NCBI GenBank assembly: GCA_040954595.2
Contig: CM082590.2
Span: 4,216,001-4,280,000, forward strand
Direction of reading: 5' to 3'
Length of the DNA: 64,000 nucleotides
Origin: Balanoglossus misakiensis
Taxonomy: Eukaryota; Animalia; Hemichordata
The notes under the pieces are model-generated. The model saw nothing but the letters and a program-made list of their open reading frames with translations. It was not told the origin of the DNA and ran no database searches. Within the stretch, counting starts at the first letter, position 1. Each line of letters begins with the position of its first letter. Made by a program: the position numbers and the translations under genes. Positions 53,186 to 64,000 of this stretch are shown here, one piece after another.

Positions 53186-56100
53186 ATAAAATTAAGTTAT
53201 GGAATTACTGGGTCAAAGGACATGCGAGAGTTGCCAACAAATTGTTTAATCAAGTTTTGAAAAAAATGGATCAAAGGACATGTGAAAGTTGCCAAAAAAT
53301 GTAACGTATTCTAGTCATATGGCGACTCGTATCCATAAAATTAATTTGTGTGCTTTCAATGAGTAGGCTAGAAATAGGAAATCTTAGTTTTTAATCAGTG
53401 TTCAGAAAAATCCAATTTGGCTCCAATAAGGTGACACCAATCACAATTCACTTGAAAACTTGATTAGAAAAAGATGTTCTGTAATTTTTTAATGAGATTT
53501 TTAAACAATCCAATTAGGCACCCAAAGTCACATGACCACTAATGATATTTTTGTCACACTTTCAACCCTACAGTAAACTAGAATTTGATTTGCCCTGTAG
53601 TTTATGAAAATGTCAACTTTTAAAGGTTATTAGAAAATCCAATATGGCCACCATGAAGAAGACAATTAGAGCTACAAGCAGCATTGGAGTGGCCAAAGCG
53701 GTTAGCATGGTTCCAACAGAAAGCAAAGGCTGTATCTGTTGTGGATGCCTAGAAATGGTAAAGTATGCCAGAGGTGATGCAAAATGTGCCAACAAAATTT
53801 GATACCAAACTGATCAGTGTCCAACAAAAAGCAGACTTCTACGCTTTATTAGTTAACTTTAAATAGCTTATATACATAATTATTGTGTTAAAGTTAATAC
53901 ATGTACTTCATTAGGTGTTCCAAGCCTCTAAATTTAAAAGCTGTATCTGCTGTACATGCCAAGTTTTGGAAATGTAGATCAAGGGTCATTGCCAAAATTA
54001 TCAAAATATTTGGGTTATGTCCTGCCAGAGTAGTACTCATGTGAACAAAATCATGACTGTTGTGCTTTTTAACAAGAGACATATCAATGTACAATTAAGT
54101 TCTGAAAGATCTTGATCAAAGGGAAAATGAAAGTTGCAAAAAATTGTATAATTAAGTGTTAAAAAAAGGATCAATGGACATGTGAAAGTTGACAAATTTT
54201 TTTAACATTCTGGTCTTATGTTGACTCTATCCATAAAAAGGCTTGGTGTGCTATCATTCAGTAGCCTACAAATAGGAAATTTTAGTTTTTAATCGGAGTT
54301 CAGAAAATACAATTAGGCTTCAATAAGGTTTAACCAATCACAATTTACGCGAAAGCGTGATTAAAAAAAGATTATGGAAATTTTTCATGGGATTTTTCAA
54401 AAATCCATAATAAATCCAAATTCACATGAACACTAACAATATTATTTTAAAAAATTGGAACGTACAGTAAATTAGAACTTGATTGGCCTTGTAATTTTTG
54501 AAAAAAAATGTCAACTTTTAAAGGTTATCAGAAAATCCAATATGGCCACCATGAAGAAGACAATTAAAAGAACATGCAGCATCACAGGGGCCAAAGCAGT
54601 TAGCATGGTTCCAACAGAAAGCAAACTCTGTATCTGTTATGGATTCTTAGAATGGTAGGTAAGCCAGAGGTCACGGAAATTTGTGCCAACAAATTTTGAT
54701 ATCAAACTGATAAGTGTCCAACAAGAACCAAACTTCTAAGCTCAATTGGTTAACTTTAAATAGGATTTAAGTAGATCATGGCCAAAATTATCAAAATATT
54801 TGGGTTATGTCCAGGCAGCAATAAAACTCATGTGAACAAAATCATGACTGTTGTGCTTTTTAACAAGAGACATATCCAAGTAGATCAATGGTCATTGCCA
54901 AAATTATCAAAATATTTGGGTTATGTCCTGGCAGCAGTAGTACTCTATGAACAAAATCATGACTGTTGAGCTTTTTATCAAGAGCCATATCCACATAAAA
55001 TTAAGTTATGGAATTACTGGGTCAAAGGACATGCGAGAGTTGCCAACAAATTGTTTAATCAAGTTTTGAAAAAACTGGATCAAAGGACATGTGAAAGTTG
55101 CCAAAAAATGTAACGTATTCTAGTCATATGGCGACTCGTATCCATAAAATTAATTTGTGTGCTTTCAATGAGTAGGCTAGAAATAGGAAATCTTAGTTTT
55201 TAATCAGTGTTCAGAAAAATCCAATTTGGCTCCAATAAGGTGACACCAATCACAATTCACTTGAAAACTTGATTAGAAAAAGATGTTCTGTAATTTTTTA
55301 ATGAGATTTTTAAACAATCCAATTAGGCACCCAAAGTCACATGACCACTAATGATATTTTTGTCAAACTTTCAACCCTACAGTAAACTAGAATTTGATTT
55401 GCCCTGTAGTTTATGAAAATGTCAACTTTTAAAGGTTATTAGAAAATCCAATATGGCCACCATGAAGAAGACAATTAGAGCTACAAGCAGCATTGGAGTG
55501 GCCAAAGCGGTTAGCATGGTTCCAACAGAAAGCAAAGGCTGTATCTGTTGTGGATGCCTAGAAATGGTAAAGTATGCCAGAGGTGATGCAAAATGTGCCA
55601 ACAAAATTTGATTCCAAACTGATCAATGTCCAACAAAAAGCAGACTTCTACGCTTTATTAGTTAACTTTAAATAGCTTATATACATAATTATTGTGTTAA
55701 AGTTAATACATGTACTTCATTAGGTGTTCCAAGCCTCTAAATTTAAAAGCTGTATCTGCTGTACATGCCAAGTTATGGGAATGTAGATCAAAAGTTACTG
55801 CCAAAATTATCAAAATATTTGGGTTATGTCCTGGCAGCAGTAGTACTCATGTGAACAAAATCACGACTGTTGTGCTTTTTAACAAGAGGCATATCAACGT
55901 AGAATTAAGTTCTGAAAGATTTGGATCAAAAGACGAATGAAAGTTGCAAAAAAATAGTATAATTAAGTGTTGAAAAAATGGATGAAAGGACATGTGAAAG
56001 TTGATAAAAATTGTTTAACATATTCTGGACTTATGGTGACTCGTATCCATAAAAAGGATTGGTGTGCTATCATTCAGTAGCCTTGAAATAGGAAATTTTA

Positions 56101-56675
56101 GTTTTTAATCGGAGTTCAGACAATCCAATTTGACTTCAATAAGGTTTAACCAATCACAATTCACTTGAAAGCTTGATTAAAAAAGATTTTGGAAATTTTT
56201 CATGAGTTTTTGAAAAAATCCATAATGAATCCAAATTCACATGACCACTATTAATATAATTGAAAAAAAAATGGAACGGCCAGTAAATTAGAACTTGATT
56301 GGCCCTGCAGTTTAAAAAAAATGTCCACTTTTAGAGATTATCAGAAAATCCAATATGGCCGCCATGAAGAAGACCCAACTATAAGCAGCATTGGAGTGAC
56401 CAAAGTGGTTAACATGGTTCCAACAGAAAGCAAAGGCTGTATCTGTTATGGATGCTGAGAAATGGTAAGTAAGCCAGAGGTCAGGCAAATTTGTGCCAAC
56501 AAATTTTGACATCAAACTGATAAGTGTCCAACAAGAACCAAACTTCTAAGCTCAATTGGTTAACTTTAAATAGGATAAGTACATAATGATTGTGTTAAAA
56601 ATTAATACTTCATTAGGTGTTCCAGTCCTCTAAATTTGAAAGCCGTATCTGCTGTGCATGGCAAGTTATGGGAAA

Positions 56676-59600
56676 GAAGATCATGGCCAAAATTATCAAA
56701 ATATTTGGGTTATGTCCTGGCAGCAATAGTACTCATGTGTACAAAATCATGACTGTTGTGCTTTTTAACAAGAGACATATCCAAGTAGATCAAGGGTCAT
56801 GGCCAAAATTATCAAAATATTTGGGTTATGTCCTGGCAACAATAAAACTCATGTGAACAAAATCATGACTGTTGTGCTTTTTAACACGAGACATATCCAA
56901 GTAGATCAAGGGTCATGGCCGAAATAATCAAAATATTTGGGTTATGTCCTGGCAGCAATAAAATTCATATGAACAAAATCATGACTGTTGTGCTTTTTAA
57001 CAAGAGACATATCCAAGTAGATCAAGGGTCATTGCCAAAATTATCCAAATATTTGGGTTATGTCCTGGCAGCAATAAAACTCATGTGAACAAAATCATGA
57101 CTATTGTGCTTTTTAACAAGAGACATATCCAAGTAGATCAAGGGTCATTGCCAAAATGATCAAAATATATGGGTTATGTCCTGGCAGCAATAAAACTCAT
57201 GTGAACAAAATCATGACTATTGTGCTTTTTAACAAGCGACATATCCAAGTAGATCAAGGGTCATTGCCAAAATGATCAAAATATATGGGTTATGTCCTGG
57301 CAGCAATAAAACTCATGTGAACAAAATCATGACTGTTGTGCTTTTTAACAAGAGACATATCCAAGTAGATCAAGGGTCATTGCCAAAATTATCAAAATAT
57401 TTGGGTTATGTCCTGGCAGCAATAAAACTCATGTGAACAAAATCATGACTGTTGTGCTTTTTAACAAGAGACATATCCAAGTAGATCAAGGGTCATTGCC
57501 AAAATTATCAAAATATTTGGGTTATGTCCAGGCACCAATAGTACTCATGTGAACAAAATCATGACTGTTGTGCTTTTTAACAAGAGACATATCCAAGTAG
57601 ATCAAGGGTCATTGCCAAAATTATCAAAATATTTGGGTTATGTCCAGGCAGCAATAGTACTCATGTGAACAAAATCATGACTGTTGTGCTTTTTAACAAG
57701 AGGCATATCCAAGTAGATCAAGGGTCATTGCCAAAATTATCAAAATATTTGGGTTATGTCCAGGCAGCAATAGTACTCATGTGAACAAAATCATGACTGT
57801 TGTGCTTTTTAACAAGAGACATATCCAAGTAGATCAAGGGTCATTGCCAAAATTATCAAAATATTTGGGTTATGTCCAGGCAGCAATAGTACTCATGTGA
57901 ACAAAATCATGACTGTTGTGCTTTTTAACAAGAGACATATCCAAGTAGATCAAGGGTCATTACCAAGATTATCAAAATATTTGGGTTATGTCCTGGCAGC
58001 AATAAAACTCATGTGAACAAAATCATGACTGTTGTGCCTTTTAACAAGAGACATATCCAAGTAGATCAAGGGTCATTGCCAAAATTATCAAAATATTTGG
58101 GTAATGTCCTGGCAGCAATAAAACTCATGTGAACAAAATCATGACTGTTGTGCTTTTTAACAAGAGACATATCCAAGTAGATCAAGGGTCATTGCCAAGA
58201 TTATCAAAATATTTGGGTTATGTCCTGGCAGCAATAAAACTCATGTGAACAAAATCATGACTGTTGTGCTTTTTAACAAGAGACATATCCAAGTAGATCA
58301 AGGGTCATTGCCAAAGTTATCAAAATATTTGGGTTATGTCCTGGCAGCGACAAAACTCATGTGAACAAAATCATGACTGTTGTGCTTTTTAACAAGAGAC
58401 ATATCCAAGTAGATCAAGGGTCATGGCCAAAATTATCAAAATATTTGGGTTATGTCCTGGCAACAATAAAACTCATGTGAACAAAATCATGACTGTTGTG
58501 CTTTTTAACAAGAGACATATCCAAGTAGATCAAGGGTCATTGCCAAAATTATCAAAATATTTGGGTTATGTCCAGGCAGCAATAGTACTAATGTGAACAA
58601 AATCATGACTGTTGTGCTTTTTAACAAGAGGCATGTCCAAGTAGATCAAGGGTCATTGCCAAAATTATCAAAATATTTGGGTTATGTCCAGGCACCAATA
58701 GTACTCATGTGAACAAAATCATGACTGTTGTGCTTTTTAACAAGAGACATATCCAAGTAGATCAAGGGTCATTGCCAAAATTATCAAAATATTTGGGTTA
58801 TGTCCAGGCACCAATAGTACTCATGTGAACAAAATCATGACTGTTGTGCTTTTTAACAAGAGACATATCCAAGTAGATCAAGGGTCATTGCCAAAATTAT
58901 CAAAATATTTGGGTTATGTCCAGGCAGCAATAGTACTCATGTGAACAAAATCATGACTGTTGTGCTTTTTAACAAGAGGCATATCCAAGTAGATCAAGGG
59001 TCATTGCCAAAATTATCAAAATATTTGGGTTATGTCCAGGCAGCAATAGTACTCATGTGAACAAAATCATGACTGTTGTGCTTTTTAACAAGAGACATAT
59101 CCAAGTAGATCAAGGATCATTGCCAAAATTATCAAAATATTTGGGTTATGTCCAGGCAGCAATAGTACTCATGTGAACAAAATCATGACTGTTGTGCTTT
59201 TTAACAAGAGACATATCCAAGTAGATCAAGGGTCATTACCAAGATTATCAAAATATTTGGGTTATGTCCTGGCAGCAATAAAACTCATGTGAACAAAATC
59301 ATGACTGTTGTGCCTTTTAACAAGAGACATATCCAAGTAGATCAAGGGTCATTGCCAAAATTATCAAAATATTTGGGTAATGTCCTGGCAGCAATAAAAC
59401 TCATGTGAACAAAATCATGACTGTTGTGCTTTTTAACAAGAGACATATCCAAGTAGATCAAGGGTCATTGCCAAGATTATCAAAATATTTGGGTTATGTC
59501 CTGGCAGCAATAAAACTCATGTGAACAAAATCATGACTGTTGTGCTTTTTAACAAGAGACATATCCAAGTAGATCAAGGGTCATTGCCAAAGTTATCAAA

Positions 59601-60495
59601 ATATTTGGGTTATGTCCTGGCAGCGACAAAACTCATGTGAACAAAATCATGACTGTTGTGCTTTTTAACAAGAGACATATCCAAGTAGATCAAGGGTCAT
59701 GGCCAAAATTATCAAAATATTTGGGTTATGTCCTGGCAACAATAAAACTCATGTGAACAAAATCATGACTGTTGTGCTTTTTAACAAGAGACATATCCAA
59801 GTAGATCAAGGGTCATTGCCAAAATTATCAAAATATTTGGGTTATGTCCAGGCAGCAATAGTACTAATGTGAACAAAATCATGACTGTTGTGCTTTTTAA
59901 CAAGAGGCATGTCCAAGTAGATCAAGGGTCATTGGCAAAATTATCAAAATATTTGGGTTATGTCCAGGCACCAATAGTACTCATGTGAACAAAATCATGA
60001 CTGTTGTGCTTTTTAACAAGAGACATATCCAAGTAGATCAAGGGTCATTGCCAAAATTATCAAAATATTTGGGTTATGTCCAGGCAGCAATAGTACTCAT
60101 GTGAACAAAATCATGACTGTTGTGCTTTTTAACAAGAGACATATCCAAGTAGATCAAGGGTCATTACCAAGATTATCAAAATATTTGGGTTATGTCCTGG
60201 CAGCAATAAAACTAATGTGAACAAAATCATGACTGTTGTGCCTTTTAACAAGAGACATATCCAAGTAGATCAAGGGTCATTGCCAAAATTATCAAAATAT
60301 TTGGGTTATGTCCTGGCAGCGATAAAACTCATGTGAACAAAATCATGACTGTTGTGCTTTTTAACAAGAGACATATCCAAGTAGATCAAGGGTCATTGCC
60401 AAAATTATCAAAATATTTGGGTTATGTCCTGGCAGCAGTAGTACTCTTTGAACAAAATCATGACTGTTGAGCTTTTTATCAAGAGCCATATCCAC
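56676..60495 (+). repeat. 116-bp satellite array, ~33 copies, with an 11-monomer (1276-bp) higher-order duplication
   Basis: Same monomer. Diagnostic variants recur at 1276-bp spacing. Confidence 0.95.
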
Positions 60496-61231
60496 ATAAA
60501 ATTAAGTTATGGAATTAATGGATCAAACGACATGCGAGAGTCGCCAACAAATTGTTTAATCAAATACTGAAAAAAAACTGGATCAAAGAACATATGAAAG
60601 TTGTCAAAAAATGTAACATATTCTAGTCATATGGTGACTCGTATCCACAGAAAGAATATGTGTGCTTTCAATGAGTAGGATAAAAAAAGGAATTTTAGCT
60701 TTTAATCGGAGTTCAGAAAATCCAATTTGGCTCTGATAAGGTTAAACCAATCACAATTCACTTGAAAACTTGATTAGAAAAAGATTTTCGTAATTTTTGA
60801 ATGAGATTTTTAAAAAATCCAATAAGGCACCAAAAGTCACATGACCACTAATGATATTTTATCAAACTTTCAACCGCACAGTAAATTAGAACTTGATTGG
60901 CCCTGTAGTTTATGAAAATGTCAACCTTTAAAGCTTATTAGAAAATCCAATATGGCCGCCATGAAGAAGACAATTACAACTAAAAGTAGCATTGGAGGGA
61001 CCAAGGTTCCAACAGAAAGCAGAGGCTGTGTCTGTTGTGGATGCCCAGAAATGGTAAAGTACGCCAGAGGTGAGGCAAAATGTGCCAACAAAATTTGATA
61101 CCAAACTGATCAGTGTCCAACAAAAAGCAGACTTCTACGCTTTATTGGTTAACTTTAAATAGCTCATATACATAATTAGTGTGTTAAAGTTAACACATGC
61201 ACTTCATTAGGTGTTCCAGTCCTCTAAATTT

Positions 61232-61966
61232 ACAAGTGACCTATTGGTCAAATGAGCTCTGCTGACCTTAACAGTGTAACCTGGGCGATGATATGAATAC
61301 CCTAGGTTTTAATTCATAACAATTGTATTCTATTGAACAAAACCAAACATAGACATCACAAGTATTTATCCAAATTCAGCTTGATTCATTGCACTAAAGA
61401 AAGAAAGAATTGAATTCTAAAGAACAACATCAAAAGGAAGCACCAAGGTTCTAATTTGCATATTCATGACCCCATCAAAATTCCAATTAACAAAATCAGG
61501 TAGGGGCACCATACCACACATTCCTACCAATTTTCAGCTCCATCGTACATGTAGTTAGGGAGAAGAAGATTTTTTTACCAAAAATTTTATTTTTAGATCT
61601 AATTTGCATATTCATGACCCGATCAAATCCAAATTAACAAAATTAGGTAGGGACACCATAACACACATTCCTACCAAATTTCAGCTCCATCGTACATGTA
61701 GTTAGGGAGAAGATTTTTTTACCAAAAATTTTATTTTTAGATCTAATTTGCATATTCATGACCCGATCAAATCCAAATTAACAAAATCAGGTAAGGGCAC
61801 CATAACACACATTCCAACCAAATTTCAGCTAAATATGCCAAGTAGTTTTATAGAAGAAGATTGAAATACCAAAAGTTGACGGACGACGGATGACGGACGA
61901 CAGACGACGGACAGACATTTATCAACCTACTGCTACAGCTCGGCTGACACAAGTGACAGCAGAGCT
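61232..61966 (+). mobile_element. HINE, simple un-nested copy
   Basis: Single ACAAG start, sub-TIR, core repeats, microsatellite and one stem-loop. Same insertion site as the other copies. Confidence 0.87.
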
Positions 61967-62900
61967 AATAAAAGCTGTATCTGCTGTGCATGCCAAGTTT
62001 TGGAAATGTAGATCAAGGGTCATTGCCAAAATTATCAAAATATTTGGGTTATGTCCTGCCAGAGTAGTACTCATGTGAACAAAATCATGACTGTTGTGCT
62101 TTTTAACAAGAGACATATCAATGTACAATTAAGTTCTGAAAGATCTTGATCAAAGGGAAAATGAAAGTTGCAAAAAATTGTATAATTAAGTGTTAAAAAA
62201 AAGGATCAATGGACATGTGAAAGTTGACAAATTTTTTTAACATTCTTGTCTTATGTTGACTCTATCCATAAAAAGGCTTGGTGTGCTATCATTCAGTAGC
62301 CTACAAATAGGAAATTTTAGTTTTTAATCGGAGTTCAGAAAATCCAATTAGGCTTCAATAAGGTTTAACCAATCACAATTTACGCGAAAGCTTGATTAAA
62401 AAAAGATTTTGGAAATTTTTCATGGTATTTTTCAAAAATCCATAATAAATCCAAATTCACATGAACACTAACAATATTATTTTAAAAAATTGGAACGTAC
62501 AGTAAATTAGAACTTGATTGGCCTTGTAATTTTTGAAAAAAAATGTCAACTTTTAAAGGTTATCAGAAAATCCAATATGGCCACCATGAAGAAGACAATT
62601 AAAAGAACATGCAGCATCACAGGGGCCAAAGCAGTTAGCATGGTTCCAACAGAAAGCAAACTCTGTATCTATTGTGGATTCATAGAATGGTAGGTAAGCC
62701 AGAGGTCACGCAAATTTGTGCCAACAAATTTTGATATCAAACTGATAAGTGTCCAACAAGAACCAAACTTCTAAGCTCAATTGGTTAACTTTAAATAGGA
62801 TAAGTACATAATGATTGTGTTAAAGATTAATACTTCATTAGGTGTTCCAGTCCTCTATATTTGAAAGCCATATCTGCTGTGCATGTCAAATTATGGGAAA

Positions 62901-63472
62901 GTAGATCATGGCCAAAATTATCAAAATATTTGGGTTATGTCCAGGCAGCAATAGTACTCATGTGTACAAAATCATGACTGTTGTGCTTTTTAACAAGAGA
63001 CATATGCAAGTAGATCAAGGGTCATGGCCAAAATTATCAAAATATTTGGGTTATGTCCTGGCAGCAATAAAACTCATGTGAACAAAATCATGACTGTTGT
63101 GCTTTTTAACAAGAGACATATCCAAGTAGATCAAGGGTCATGGCCAAAATTATCAAAATATTTGGGTTATGTCCTGGCAGCAATAAAACTCATGTGAACA
63201 AAATCATGACTGTTGTGCTTTTTAACAAGAGACATATCCAAGTAGATCAAGGTTCATTGCCAAAATTATCAAAATATTTGGGTTATGTCCTGGCAGCAAT
63301 AAAACTCATGTGAACAAAATCATGACTGTTGTGCTTTTTAACAAGAGACATATCCAAGTAGATCAAGGGTCATTGCCAAAATTATCAAAATATTTGGGTT
63401 ATGTCCTGGCAGCAGTAGTACTCTTTGAACAAAATCATGACTGTTTAGCTTTTTATCAAGAGCCATATCCAC
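62901..63472 (+). repeat. 116-bp satellite array, ~5 copies
   Basis: Same monomer. Confidence 0.9.
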
Positions 63473-64000
63473 ATAAAATTTAGTTATGGAATTACTGGGT
63501 CAAAGGACATGCGAGAGTTGCCAACAAATTGTTTAATCAAGTTTTGAAAAAACTGGATCAAAGGACATGTGAAAGTTGCCAAAAAATGTAACGTATTCTA
63601 GTCATATGGCGACTCGTATCCATAAAATTAATTTGTGTGCTTTCAATGAGTAGGCTAGAAATAGAAAATCTTAGTTTTTAATCAGTGTTTAGAAAAATCC
63701 AATTTGGCTCCAATAAGGTGACACCAATCACAATTCACTTGAAAACTTGATTAGAAAAAGATGTTCTGTAATTTTTTAATGAGATTTTTAAACAATCCAA
63801 TTAGGCACCCAAAGTCACTTGACCACTAATGATATTTTTGTCAAACTTTCAACCCTACAGTAAACTAGAATTTGATTGGCCCTGTAGTTTATGAAAATGT
63901 CAACTTTTAAAGGTTATTAGAAATTCCAATATGGCCACCATGAAGAAGACAATTAGAGCTACAAGCAGCATTGGAGTGGCCAAAGCGGTTAGCATGGTTC

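Larger units (their letters stand above)
42170..64000 (+). repeat. ~895-bp macrosatellite, 12 recognisable units in four sequence variants; continues past the window end
   Basis: Marker catgaagaagac at ~43507, 44404, 47227, 50080, 52499, 53652, 54550, 55461, 56364, 60960, 62584, 63940. Uninterrupted unit spacing 894-896 bp. Confidence 0.92.

Noticed and set aside
47459-60495. 116-bp arrays as a CRISPR array
   Set aside because: Whole monomers repeat head-to-tail with no unique spacers. No cas genes, and the context is eukaryotic.
42320-62128. Short hydrophobic ORFs repeated in the macrosatellite
   Set aside because: Frames and starts are not conserved between unit variants. Hydrophobicity follows from the T-rich minus strand.

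Overview
AT-rich, repeat-saturated eukaryotic DNA, probably from a marine invertebrate (inferred from the TTAGGG repeat, Tx1/L1 LINE, tRNA-SINE and HINE/pearl-type elements). No intact protein-coding gene, rRNA, tRNA or CRISPR array is supported; almost all ORF-track entries are repeat artefacts. 1-15 kb: a direct duplication (offset 10,174 bp) of an old degenerate repeat region containing a decayed, 5'-truncated Tx1/L1-clade LINE (minus strand), which is interrupted by a 668-bp TG..CA solo LTR with an ACGT target-site duplication (TSD). 15-29.6 kb: MITE/SINE mosaic with a short interstitial telomeric tract, an ~835-bp duplication flanking an 88-bp satellite, and an unclassified element ending in a ~145-nt foldback hairpin. 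29.7-39.8 kb: dyad-rich ~193-bp satellite with a Harbinger-type MITE insertion. 42-64 kb: ~895-bp macrosatellite in which a 116-bp internal segment has expanded into satellite arrays (1 to ~33 copies), and into which a Helentron-associated HINE has inserted, present as simple, self-nested and partly collapsed forms. All coordinates and copy counts were read by eye and need alignment to confirm.
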